A stretch of 64,000 nt of DNA, taken from contig JAAVZC010000014.1 in the NCBI GenBank assembly GCA_022791455.1, positions 209,119 through 273,118 of the forward strand, written 5' to 3'. Source of the stretch: Eggerthellaceae bacterium (GTDB lineage Bacteria; Actinomycetota; Coriobacteriia; Coriobacteriales; Eggerthellaceae). Below the pieces are notes generated by a model. The model was not told the origin of the DNA. It did no database searches and worked only from the letters and a program-made list of their open reading frames with translations. This document shows, piece after piece, positions 1 through 8,829 of the stretch; position 1 is the first letter of the stretch; each line of letters starts with the position of its first letter. A program made the position numbers and the translations under genes.

Positions 1-304
1 CGGGATGGTACAGCGCCAGCATGGAAGACTGGGACTTGGCGCAGCAGTGGCCGCGGCTGTGAGCGTTGGACTCGTCGCCCTCCACCTTGATGACCTTCTC
101 GTCTTGCACGGTAACCCAAACACCGCACTCGACCTTGCCGCAAGCGCGGCAGCAGGAACGTATACGCTTGACTTCACCGGCATTCTCGTCGGTACCCTCA
201 GCCATGGCCGTGGACGGCACAGCCGCAAAAGACAGCGTAGAAGCAGCCGCGGTGATGGCAGCCGCCTTAACGAAGTTACGACGAGTGAGTGAAAGTTTCG
301 CCAT
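1..304 (-). CDS. Tat-exported molybdopterin (bis-MGD) oxidoreductase, Dadh/catechol-dehydroxylase-like, N-terminal part only (runs off window)
   Basis: Translated by hand (not in ORF track): MAKLSLTRRNFVKAAA...AMAEG...RSCCRACGKVECGVWVTVQDEKVIKVEGDESNAHSRGHCCAKSQSSMLALYHP. Twin-arginine signal, Fe-S motif, GGAGG RBS; same N-terminus as paralogs at 20239 and 39957. Confidence 0.9.
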   Translation of the reverse strand, partial: MAKLSLTRRNFVKAAAITAAASTLSFAAVPSTAMAEGTDENAGEVKRIRSCCRACGKVECGVWVTVQDEKVIKVEGDESNAHSRGHCCAKSQSSMLALYHP

Positions 305-444
305 AAGTTCCCTCCTCTCTCTGAATGTCAGAATTGCTTGCTTGGCGGCTTCGGTCAGACTTGAGATCGGTTCCCGTCCCGTCTCCTCGCAGCCTCGGGA
401 AACGGCTGCGACGGGTCTGGTTGACCGCCAGTTAACGATTTGAA

Positions 445-478
445 ATTCTAGGAAGCGAAAGCGGCGCGAAATCATAAG
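445..478 (-). promoter_or_regulatory. Putative promoter of the first molybdoenzyme: CTTATGATTTC motif, 17 nt, TAGAAT (-10)
   Basis: Same 11-mer and 17-nt spacing to a -10-like hexamer as upstream of the paralog starting at 23160. Confidence 0.55.
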
Positions 479-609
479 GGCAGGTTGAATGCGGCGTTTT
501 TATCATCCTCCCCCTCATCCCCGCGGGGTTATTTCGCCGAATTTGGCGCTTCTATACTTGGAAACACGAGAAGAGGAAAAAGCCAACCGAGTTACTAGGG
601 AGGACTACC

Positions 610-1569
610 ATGGCTGAACCGCGTCCCTCATTGCTGCTCATTCTGGACATCGACGAGCGCATCGCCACCCACGAGACGAAGCTGGAGCTGAACCGCTGCT
701 TCGCCTTTATGAGCGCCCTCATTCGCACCCACGCCCCCGAAGACGGGCTGCCCGCGTTTGTGGGCGACGCACCGGAGGGCGATGAGCTGCCGGTGGTGAA
801 CACCGCGAAGTGCGTGCTGAAGATGGGCACGAAGAAGTACCTGTACTCCACCGACGAGGGCGCCGACGAGCGCTGGGAGAAGTCCGGCATCGAGAAGTGG
901 TTCTACAACCAGTTCTATAAGCTGGGCAACAACATGAAGATCTTCAACCGCCGTCAGCGCGAGATTGGCGCGACGGAGGTGAACTTCACCTGGCTGGTAG
1001 TGGACCTGGAGAACGGGGCGCTGGAACTGGCGCTGCACCTAGATTCCAACTCCGACATTCCCGCCGAGACCGCGCGTGTTGTGGCCGCCGTTCGCGCGGC
1101 GCTGAACGACGGCACGCTGGGCGAGGGCGCTGTGGCCCGCATTTCCGCCCCCACCGCCGCGTCGTATGCCGCCCAGCACGAGGCGGGCCTGGTGGCAAAG
1201 GCGGAGCGCGAGGCAGCCGCTGCTGCCGAGGCCGCTGCCGCCGCCGAGGCCGCCGCTGCCGAAGCGGCTGCCGCCGAGGCGCTGGCCGACGAGCTGTTCT
1301 TGGAGTCGCCGGCGCTAGTTGCCCAAGCGCAAAACGCTGTCGATGATGCGCAGGATGATGTCGTGACCTGCGAAAACGCCTCTGAGGATGATGGCACTGC
1401 CGCGGCGGACGGTGTCGCGGATGATGAAGAAATCGTTCAAGGCGAGGACTTTGCCGCCCGCTTCGAACTCCCGGAAGCCGACTTTGCGCTAGACTATTCT
1501 CAGTGGGATGTCGAATATCGGGACGGCACCACCGCTGTCTACAATCTTGCCGAGCGCGCGCTCGCCTAA
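610..1569 (+). CDS. Hypothetical acidic protein with (EAAAAA)n helical linker
   Basis: 319-aa ORF, GGAGG RBS, GC3-rich codon usage, 18 bp before the helicase-like gene. Confidence 0.8.
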   Translation: MAEPRPSLLLILDIDERIATHETKLELNRCFAFMSALIRTHAPEDGLPAFVGDAPEGDELPVVNTAKCVLKMGTKKYLYSTDEGADERWEKSGIEKWFYNQFYKLGNNMKIFNRRQREIGATEVNFTWLVVDLENGALELALHLDSNSDIPAETARVVAAVRAALNDGTLGEGAVARISAPTAASYAAQHEAGLVAKAEREAAAAAEAAAAAEAAAAEAAAAEALADELFLESPALVAQAQNAVDDAQDDVVTCENASEDDGTAAADGVADDEEIVQGEDFAARFELPEADFALDYSQWDVEYRDGTTAVYNLAERALA

Positions 1570-1587
1570 GACGAAGAGGGAACCAAC

Positions 1588-3519
1588 ATGATCGAAGAAA
1601 TCGCCGTTTGCGACGAGCGCCTGGTGAAGATCTCCGGCGCCGCCAGCACTGGTAAAACCGAGGCGCTCGTGGCGCGCGCCGTTCAGCTCATCCGCACCGG
1701 GTGCGACCCGTCCGCCATTTTGATGGTGGCCTCCACCACCTTCGGCGCCCAGGCGCTGCGGGATCGGCTGCGCGCGGCGCTGGGCGAAGAGGCGTCCGCT
1801 GCCGACGAGGTGGCCGTGACCACCGCCCTCAACGCCGCCGTGGCAGTGCTGGACACGCCGGCCGCCCGCGAGGCCACCGGCCGCACTCCGCGCCTTCTGG
1901 CCAACTTCGAGTATAACTTCTTCATCGAGGACATGAAGACCACCGGGCAGTCCCGCCGCCAGCTGAAGAACGTCATGGCGCTGTTCGACCGCCGCTGGTG
2001 CGACTACGACACTTCCGAGGACTGGCTGGTCCCCGGCGAGCAGACGGTGGCGTGGGAGCGTGCCCAGGAAGTGCTGAACGCGCTTCAGGCCATGCTTCCC
2101 AACGAGGCCCCCTATGTGGCCGCCCGCTTCCTGCAGGAGAACCCCGCCGCCCGCGAGCAGTGCGGCTTCCAGGTGGTGCTGGCCGACGACTTCCAGAACC
2201 TCTCCCATGCGCAACAGACGCTCGTGTGCCTGCTGGCGAACCGCCAGGTGATGGTGGCCGGCAACGGCGACGAAGTGGTGGCCTGCGCCACTCCCCTTCC
2301 CCATCCGGCTGGGTTTTCCCAGTTCGAAGCGGTGCGCAACGGCGTGAAGTGCTTCGCGCTGAACACCGCCTTCAACAACGTGAAGGCCACGGCATTCGCT
2401 GACGCGCTGGCAGTGGCCGGTTTCGGGCCCGACGCTCTGACTGCCGAGACGCGCGAGGGCAGCGCCGACGACATCACCCTGGTGAAGTGGAATCTGGCGG
2501 AGGACGAGTTCAACGACCTGACCAAGTACCTGCGCGCGCTCATCGCCGATAAGGAGATCGAGGAGAGCCGCATGTGCGTGGTGGTGCCCAACAAGCGCTG
2601 GGCCCGTACCATGCAGCAGACGCTTTCCAAGCGCGGCATCAAGACCTCTGCCGACGGCGCCTTCCCCGGCCTGGTGGGCGACCCGCGCGACGCCGCCCGT
2701 GCGCAGGCGCTCATTGCGTTCACCAAGCTGAACCTGCTGGCAGACCCCGAAGACGTGGTGGCGTGGCGCGCCTGGTGCGGCTACGGCCAGCAGCTGACCC
2801 ATTCCGACACCTGGGGCCGCCTGGTGGAATACGCCCGTCAGCAGGGATTGGGCGTGATCGAGGCCATGGCCGCTACCGCCGATGCCGTTGCCGCTGGTCA
2901 GGAGCCGTTCCTGAAGGCGCAGCTGATTGCCAACCGCTACACCCAGGGCCGCGAGTTCATCGAGAAGAACAGCCGCCGCAAGGGCTTCGGCCTGACCCGC
3001 GCCGCGGGGCTGGACGGCCTGCGCGACTTCAAGGGCACGCTGGACACCCTGGCGGGCGACGAGGACGCTGCCACCGTGTACGCCGTGCTGCGCAACAAGG
3101 AAATGAACCCCACCTTCACCGAGGGGGCGCACATCCTGCGCATCTCCTCTTACGAGAACATGGTGGGCTGCAACTACGACTACGTGGTGCTAGCCGGTTG
3201 CGTGGACGGCCTGATGCCGGCGCGCGACGCCTTCGAGGTGGTCTCGACCGACGAGGACCGCAAGCGCGTCATGGACGCCGAGCGCTGCCTGTTCGCTGGC
3301 GCGGCGGCGAAGGCCGGGGTTGAGCTGATGCTCTCCACGTTCTCGCGCGCCCAGCTGGAGCTGGCGGAGAAGACCAAGATGCAGGTGACCCGCGTGCGCT
3401 CCGACGGCGACGACCGCATCGCCATCCTGCGCCCCACCACCTTCATTAGCGAAGCACGCAGCGCCGCCCCAAGCACCATCGGCGGCCAAGCCCTGCTCGC
3501 GAAGTACGACCTGGCGTAA
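1588..3519 (+). CDS. UvrD/Rep (SF1) helicase-like protein with degenerate catalytic motifs
   Basis: Walker A GAASTGKT; motif II-like VLADDFQN; motif V-like YENMVGCNYDYVVLAG; motif VI-like AERCLF. Confidence 0.8.
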   Translation: MIEEIAVCDERLVKISGAASTGKTEALVARAVQLIRTGCDPSAILMVASTTFGAQALRDRLRAALGEEASAADEVAVTTALNAAVAVLDTPAAREATGRTPRLLANFEYNFFIEDMKTTGQSRRQLKNVMALFDRRWCDYDTSEDWLVPGEQTVAWERAQEVLNALQAMLPNEAPYVAARFLQENPAAREQCGFQVVLADDFQNLSHAQQTLVCLLANRQVMVAGNGDEVVACATPLPHPAGFSQFEAVRNGVKCFALNTAFNNVKATAFADALAVAGFGPDALTAETREGSADDITLVKWNLAEDEFNDLTKYLRALIADKEIEESRMCVVVPNKRWARTMQQTLSKRGIKTSADGAFPGLVGDPRDAARAQALIAFTKLNLLADPEDVVAWRAWCGYGQQLTHSDTWGRLVEYARQQGLGVIEAMAATADAVAAGQEPFLKAQLIANRYTQGREFIEKNSRRKGFGLTRAAGLDGLRDFKGTLDTLAGDEDAATVYAVLRNKEMNPTFTEGAHILRISSYENMVGCNYDYVVLAGCVDGLMPARDAFEVVSTDEDRKRVMDAERCLFAGAAAKAGVELMLSTFSRAQLELAEKTKMQVTRVRSDGDDRIAILRPTTFISEARSAAPSTIGGQALLAKYDLA

Positions 3520-3557
3520 GGCCGCGGGTCGCACAAGCCCGCAACCTCCCCAAACCC

Positions 3558-3600
3558 AAAGCGCCCCCTCAGCCACACGACCGAGGGGGCGCTTTTCTTC
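3558..3600 (+). terminator. Intrinsic terminator
   Basis: AAAGCGCCCCCTC / GAGGGGGCGCTTT stem followed by TTCTT. Confidence 0.8.
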
Positions 3601-3620
3601 TGAAATCAGAGCTTTTCCGC

Positions 3621-3733
3621 CTAGCTGGCTGGAATCGCCGCCAATTCCAGCCAGCATCTGACCTGCGAAAATGTAAGTTTTCCCAGATCAGACAGCAAAT
3701 TTGAAGTGGCTGGAATCGCCGCCGATTCCAGCC
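3621..3733 (-). repeat. Family A composite palindromic element, inverted copy
   Basis: Two TGGCTGGAAT...ATTCCAGCCA palindromes flank a CTGACCTG/CAGATCAG internal inverted repeat; reverse complement aligns with 8975-9099 and 12274-12404. Confidence 0.85.
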
Positions 3734-3775
3734 ATGACACCATCGCTCAGGATTCCAGCCTCAAGCAAAACCTCG

Positions 3776-4483
3776 CTACGAGAGCTGAGCCCGCTCGAGA
3801 GCGTTGGACTCGTCGGCGGTGAGCCAACCTTCCGGTACCTCGGCAGAAGCATGGCACTGGGTGCAATACATCACCGAAGCGCGGTGGGCTTTGTGGCAGG
3901 TGCCGCAATCGAACTCCATATGGTGGGCGGAATGGGGGTTGTACAGCCCCATGTCGGCGGTCGCCTCTTCCAAATCCGCCCGCGTCATGTTGTGGCAGGC
4001 CTCATTCAGGCAGAACTCGTCGGGCGACTTCCCCAGCGCAGCCACCAAATCCGTCGTGTTGCGCTCCTGCAGGGGGAATTCGTAGTCACCCGTCACCCAA
4101 TGGGCACCCTCGCTCATCTGCTGCCCCAGCGTAGGTTCGTGGCAATCCAGACAGTCCATCCCCTCCTGCGCATGGCTCACGCTCATCATGGCCGAAGGGT
4201 CGCTCACCTGGTTGCCCCACTTGTCCGCCACGGGGCCAGACGCATCCGCCTCGTACATTTCCACATAGGCGCTCATAGGGGTATGGCAAATGGCGCCGCA
4301 GAAAGAGGGCTGCTCGTGCCACACCCAGAAACCGGCGCCCGCCACAACGGCCACCACCGCTACCACGGCCACCGCAATAATTCCCTTCCGGGAGCGCGGC
4401 CTTTTGGCCGAGGCGGAACCGTCAGAAGCCGCCGCATTGCCTGCCGGCTCGTTCGTTGCGTTTTGAGTCTTTTGTTCGCTCAT
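3776..4483 (-). CDS. Membrane-anchored multiheme cytochrome c (cytochrome c3/Cgr1-like)
   Basis: Start MSEQK after AGGAGG; one N-terminal TM helix; heme motifs CGAICH, CLDCH, CLNEACH, CGTCH, CTQCH. Confidence 0.88.
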   Translation of the reverse strand: MSEQKTQNATNEPAGNAAASDGSASAKRPRSRKGIIAVAVVAVVAVVAGAGFWVWHEQPSFCGAICHTPMSAYVEMYEADASGPVADKWGNQVSDPSAMMSVSHAQEGMDCLDCHEPTLGQQMSEGAHWVTGDYEFPLQERNTTDLVAALGKSPDEFCLNEACHNMTRADLEEATADMGLYNPHSAHHMEFDCGTCHKAHRASVMYCTQCHASAEVPEGWLTADESNALERAQLS

Positions 4484-4493
4484 GATAGTCCTC

Positions 4494-6218
4494 CTAACGA
4501 GCGCGCTTGACGCGGGGTTCGATGTCGCCAGCCAGCAGGCGCGCCACGTGGCGGCCCTCCGTGCAGGTGCGGCCGCAAGCGCAAGCAACCAGGTATTCCG
4601 GATAGTTGTCCGAGAAGAAGCAGCCGGAAACATCGCCGGCGGCATAGAGGCCCTCGATCACCTCGTCGTCAGCGGTGAGCACCTGCATGTCCTCGTTGAT
4701 GCGCAGGCCGTCCACCGTGGTGAGCAGCGCGCCTCCGAACCAGCAACCGTAGAACGGCGGCTGCGCGATAGCGGAAAGGCGGTGTGATTCCTTGCCGAAA
4801 TCGGTGTCGACACCGGAAGCCACAATCTCGTTGTAATGGGCGATGGTTTCCATGAGGGCGTCGGCATCCTGACCCTCGAAGCCCAGCATGGCTGCCAGCT
4901 CTTCAAGCGTGTCGGCCTTCATCATCAGGCCGTCTCCGCCGTCCATGGCCAAAAACTCATCCAGCGGCATTCCCATCTGCATAAACGCGGTGGTATAGGA
5001 GGCGCAGCCGGTGGTGCCGAACCTCAAGATGTCCTCAACGGCATTGCCATCGAAAATCTGGCACCACACGCCACCCGGCTGATAGCCGGCCGCGTTGCAG
5101 AACGTGTCGTAGGGCATCGATTCGTTGGCGAAGCGCTCGCCGCGACGGTTCACCTTCAGGAAGGGCTGGCTGCCAATGTTCAGCTGGTAAACCGTACCCG
5201 GGAAATACAGCTCTCCGCGCTCGTTTTGCTGGTAGCCGCAATCCACGCCCGGCACCACGGCGCCGCGGTCGAAGATCATGGGGGCTCCGTTGGCGTCCTT
5301 CACGCCGCCGGCCCAAAGCCCCGCCCGCAGGCCTTTGCCGTCGCAGCGCAGGCTGAAGCTGGAGGCGGTGCAGCAGCGCTCCACCAGCGGCAAATTCGCC
5401 TGCACCATCTCGGGGTTGGCGGCGTAACCACCGGTGGCCAGCAGCACGCCTTTGCGGGCGGTGATGCGCTTCAGCCCTTCCGGCGTTTCGAAGATGGCAC
5501 CGGTCACCTTCGTCCCCTCGTGCTCTAACCGCACCAAATCGTGGCGGTAAGCCACCTGATGGCCGGCGTCCTGAATATGGGATTCCAGGATGTCGTTACG
5601 CATGGGGTACTCGTACGTCGGCATAAAGCAATGCTCGAGGGTGGCGGTGAAGTAGTCGGTGCCGCCGGCGGGATGATGCTCCTCGAGCGGCGTAACCATC
5701 AGCTCCTTCCCTGCCGCCGTCAGATAAGGCTCCACCCACTCGATGAACTCGCGTCCCTCGTCCAGCCAGGTTTTGATCACTCGCTGGTCCACGCGTCCCG
5801 AGGCATAGCGGGTCATTTCGTTGAGCAGCTTCATCTCGTTCACCGGCTCGGCCACTTCAAGGCTGAACTTCGAGTTGACCGCACCCACGTACTCGCGCGT
5901 ATCGCCCACGCAGGTGCCCTTCTCGGCCGCAATGAAGTCCAGCCCCAAATCGCTCGCGGTTGCCGCCGCCACCATTCCGGCGTTGCCGGCCCCGATAATG
6001 AGCAGGTCGGTACTCTCTTCTGCCACAATGTCGGCCTCGTTCACCGAGGGCTCCTCCCCCAGCCAATGAGTGCGGGCCTGTCGAGTTCCCGCTTGCACAT
6101 CTGGCGCCGTCTTCGCCTGGGGCGCACACCCCCAAGCGCTGGCCGCCACCGCACCGGCTCCCGCCAGGATTCCCGCCTGCAAAAACCCGCGCCGCGTTAG
6201 TCCGCCATTTCCTTCCAT
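4494..6218 (-). CDS. Tat-lipoprotein FAD-dependent reductase (flavocytochrome c / fumarate-reductase flavoprotein superfamily, Cgr2-like)
   Basis: MEGNGGLTRRGFL signal with lipobox AWGC; FAD motif IIGAGNAG; LLATGGY; GLYAAGD. Confidence 0.9.
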   Translation of the reverse strand: MEGNGGLTRRGFLQAGILAGAGAVAASAWGCAPQAKTAPDVQAGTRQARTHWLGEEPSVNEADIVAEESTDLLIIGAGNAGMVAAATASDLGLDFIAAEKGTCVGDTREYVGAVNSKFSLEVAEPVNEMKLLNEMTRYASGRVDQRVIKTWLDEGREFIEWVEPYLTAAGKELMVTPLEEHHPAGGTDYFTATLEHCFMPTYEYPMRNDILESHIQDAGHQVAYRHDLVRLEHEGTKVTGAIFETPEGLKRITARKGVLLATGGYAANPEMVQANLPLVERCCTASSFSLRCDGKGLRAGLWAGGVKDANGAPMIFDRGAVVPGVDCGYQQNERGELYFPGTVYQLNIGSQPFLKVNRRGERFANESMPYDTFCNAAGYQPGGVWCQIFDGNAVEDILRFGTTGCASYTTAFMQMGMPLDEFLAMDGGDGLMMKADTLEELAAMLGFEGQDADALMETIAHYNEIVASGVDTDFGKESHRLSAIAQPPFYGCWFGGALLTTVDGLRINEDMQVLTADDEVIEGLYAAGDVSGCFFSDNYPEYLVACACGRTCTEGRHVARLLAGDIEPRVKRAR

Positions 6219-6361
6219 GGCTCCTCCTCTTCTTGCACGAACATCGTCAACTCTCTTCGACGACTTCCTTGGCGAACAGGCTACTGTCGGTCGCACGATT
6301 TGCCACCACATGCGACGGGTGGTTTCTAAAACAGGATGTTTTCCAGGGAATTTTCCCTTTT

Positions 6362-6380
6362 CCCACATGAACGATGTGGG
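6362..6380. promoter_or_regulatory. 19-bp palindrome, candidate operator between the reductase and its divergent TM-LuxR
   Basis: CCCACAT-GAACG-ATGTGGG. Confidence 0.45.
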
Positions 6381-6453
6381 GTCACGCGGAAGGCCCAAGC
6401 GGTATAGTGAAGCAGTTAGGAGCACGATCGGCGCAGCGAAGAAGGGAACCGGA

Positions 6454-7896
6454 ATGGGTCAACAGGCACCGCGCCGCGAAGGCGCGCCCAACCGCATTCT
6501 GCTTGCGACGGTGGCGGTCGCGGGGATGATGTTCATGTTCCTGAGCACCAACGACGCCATCTTCCCCACCGTGGCGCTCTATTACCCCTTCCTGCGAGAG
6601 GCGGCCACGGTGGTGGCGGTGGTCGTGGCCGCTATCTTGGTAGCTATTTCCTACCGGGCTCCGCAACTGCTCAATTGCCGGGCGTGGAACATCGCCGCGC
6701 TAGCGTCCTGCGTTCTTTACGCTCTTTGCTGCTGGTGGGGCGTCGAGGAGCGCAGCCTTTTTCTGCTGACAGTGGGCACTTTCTGCGACTCGATTGCAGA
6801 GACGTGGTTCTTCGTGCTGGTATGCACAGCGTTCGCCCGGCTAAACCGCGATGAACAGCCGGTGGTGGCGTGCGCGGCGTGCCTCATCTCCTATGCGCTC
6901 GGGTTCTTCCTCGCCGGCAGCGAGTTTTCGGTCATGCTGGCGCTGAACGCTTTGTGCCTTGGCCTTATTTTCGCCACCTCGTGGCCCCTGGCGAAACCCA
7001 CGCTGCAAGCCATTGCCGCCTCTTCACCCCAGAAAGAGATGGCGGTGGCCAACCCGTCGTCATTTTTGTCCTTCGGCCACTTTATCTTCCTGGCCATCCT
7101 GATGTTCGGGTTCACCGAGGGGACGTCGCTTGCGCTCGCCGAGAACCCCGAGGGGCTGCCCACGCCCTTTTTGGCGGTCGTCACGCTTCTGGCGCTGCTC
7201 ATTGTTCCCATGCTGACGAGAAGATCCCTTAACCCCGATTTCCTGTTCTCGCTGTGCGCCATTTTGGCACTGGGGGGCATTTTCCTCATTCCTGCAGAAC
7301 TGGGGTCGGCCAGCTTCGGCATCGCAACGGCCACCTCGCTGCTCGATGCCAGCTACGCCTGCTTCAACCTGCTGCTTCTTCTGGTGATCGGCAGCGTTAT
7401 CGCCCGAAACCCGCTGGCGGCAGTAAGCACCTCTGCCCTTGCGGTGGGGCTGCTGTGGCTGGGGATCGCCCTGGGCGCGGGACTCGGCAACACCGCCCTC
7501 GCCCTCCTGGGAGAGAACGGGCCGGTCATCACCGCGCTTAGCCTGGCGCTCATCTTGGCGTTCGGCGCATTCTGCTTCGCCGTGCTGAAGTTCTGTGATT
7601 TTACGGCGGCCATCAACGACATTCGAACGCCGCAGCCGCTTCAACCGCCCCGCACGGCCGAGCCCACCACCCGCGAGCGAGTGGCGCAGGTGGCCGAGGA
7701 ATTCGGCCTCACCAAGCGCGAGGAAGAGGTGTGCGAGCTGCTAGCCAGCGGCCGCAGCGCCAGCGTGATATGCGAGCGGCTGAGCATTTCCCTGAACACC
7801 ACCCGCTATCACGCGAAGAACATCTACGCGAAACTGGGCGTGCACTCCCAACAAGAACTCATCGACCTAGTGGAATCAGAACCGACAACCAGGTAG
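6454..7896 (+). CDS. Multi-transmembrane LuxR-family transcriptional regulator
   Basis: Long series of hydrophobic helices, then C-terminal LTKREEEVCELLASG...NTTRYHAKNIYAKLGVHSQQEL HTH; divergent from the reductase. Confidence 0.92.
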   Translation: MGQQAPRREGAPNRILLATVAVAGMMFMFLSTNDAIFPTVALYYPFLREAATVVAVVVAAILVAISYRAPQLLNCRAWNIAALASCVLYALCCWWGVEERSLFLLTVGTFCDSIAETWFFVLVCTAFARLNRDEQPVVACAACLISYALGFFLAGSEFSVMLALNALCLGLIFATSWPLAKPTLQAIAASSPQKEMAVANPSSFLSFGHFIFLAILMFGFTEGTSLALAENPEGLPTPFLAVVTLLALLIVPMLTRRSLNPDFLFSLCAILALGGIFLIPAELGSASFGIATATSLLDASYACFNLLLLLVIGSVIARNPLAAVSTSALAVGLLWLGIALGAGLGNTALALLGENGPVITALSLALILAFGAFCFAVLKFCDFTAAINDIRTPQPLQPPRTAEPTTRERVAQVAEEFGLTKREEEVCELLASGRSASVICERLSISLNTTRYHAKNIYAKLGVHSQQELIDLVESEPTTR

Positions 7897-8061
7897 ATCC
7901 AACGCTTGGAGTACGCAATCCACCCGCTCTTCACGGCCTTCGCGTACGAGCGAGACAATTTGCTGGGAAGAAAGCACCGGAACGGCCTCATGCTTGGTGC
8001 AGCGCTCGAAAAGCGCCTTCCGGTTCGCAATGCGCTCCTCCCGCGCCGCTGTCTGCTGCAT
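7876..8061 (-). CDS. Small 61-aa protein following the toxin gene, VapB-like C-terminus
   Basis: Strong AGGAGG RBS overlapping the toxin stop; MQQTAAREERIANRKALFERC...IVSLVREGREER. Confidence 0.5.
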   Translation of the reverse strand: MQQTAAREERIANRKALFERCTKHEAVPVLSSQQIVSLVREGREERVDCVLQALDLPGCRF

Positions 8062-8072
8062 TTTCACACCTC

Positions 8073-8453
8073 CTACCTCCCTGCGGCTATGCGCTCGTAG
8101 AAGTCTTTGGGGATGCGGCGGTGGCCGAAGCCCTTCACTTCGATACCGCCCTCAACAGGACGGAACACAATGCGGCACACAGCGCGGGCGCCTTGGCCCA
8201 CGCGAGGTTGATAGTGATAAGAGGACCACGCAGCGAAATTGTGCTTCAGCGGACTCGCACTCACGCGGCCAACACTGAGCTGGCCCATTGCCCTGACGGT
8301 ACTTGCCACAGCCGCCTTGAAATCGCCTTCTTCCGGAAAGGCATAAGCCAGCAGGTAGATGTCCTCGACAAGATCGTCGGCATCCATGTGAAGGCCGGGC
8401 ACATCGGCTATTGCCACGACCGCTTCTCGCAGGATCTCTTCGTCAATCGCCAT
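8073..8453 (-). CDS. Putative type II toxin, RelE/ParE-like
   Basis: 126 aa; C-terminal CRIVFRPVEGGIEVKGFGHRR pattern; overlaps upstream antitoxin by 11 bp. Confidence 0.6.
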   Translation of the reverse strand: MAIDEEILREAVVAIADVPGLHMDADDLVEDIYLLAYAFPEEGDFKAAVASTVRAMGQLSVGRVSASPLKHNFAAWSSYHYQPRVGQGARAVCRIVFRPVEGGIEVKGFGHRRIPKDFYERIAAGR

Positions 8454-8808
8454 AGACGATTTCCCCCAGCCGCGCCTTGCGCGCCTCGAACGTCTTCAAG
8501 GCCGCATCCTTGAGCGCTTCGCCCGTCTGCGGCTGCGCGCCTTCCCGCGCCTTGAACATGGCAGCAATTTGCGCTTGCTCGAGCTCTTCCTCGAGAAGGG
8601 CGATGCTTGCCACGAGCGACCGCATGTCTTCGTCGGAGAGGAGCCATCCGGCCGTATCGCCGCGGTCGGTAATCTCGATAACCCCGGCAACAGGAAGCTG
8701 AGAGCGCCATTCGTTCCCTCGGGAGAGCTCCGTCACCGAGATGCGCACATCCCCTGAGACACGGCGCCCAATTGCGCTTGCACGGTCAATCGTATCAAAT
8801 GGTGCCAT
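8443..8808 (-). CDS. Putative Phd/YefM-like antitoxin
   Basis: ISVTELSRG...VIEITDRGDTAGWLLSDED fits the Phd pattern; acidic helical C-terminus. Confidence 0.65.
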   Translation of the reverse strand: MAPFDTIDRASAIGRRVSGDVRISVTELSRGNEWRSQLPVAGVIEITDRGDTAGWLLSDEDMRSLVASIALLEEELEQAQIAAMFKAREGAQPQTGEALKDAALKTFEARKARLGEIVYGD

Positions 8809-8829
8809 GATGATCCTTTCGCTATGTAA

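Noticed and set aside
1489-3132. Long antisense ORFs (also 12533-14572, 17131-19020, 20374-23127, 29817-31730, 31779-33701, 40407-42410)
   Set aside because: Shadow ORFs typical of high-GC DNA, opposite well-supported genes, with no motifs.
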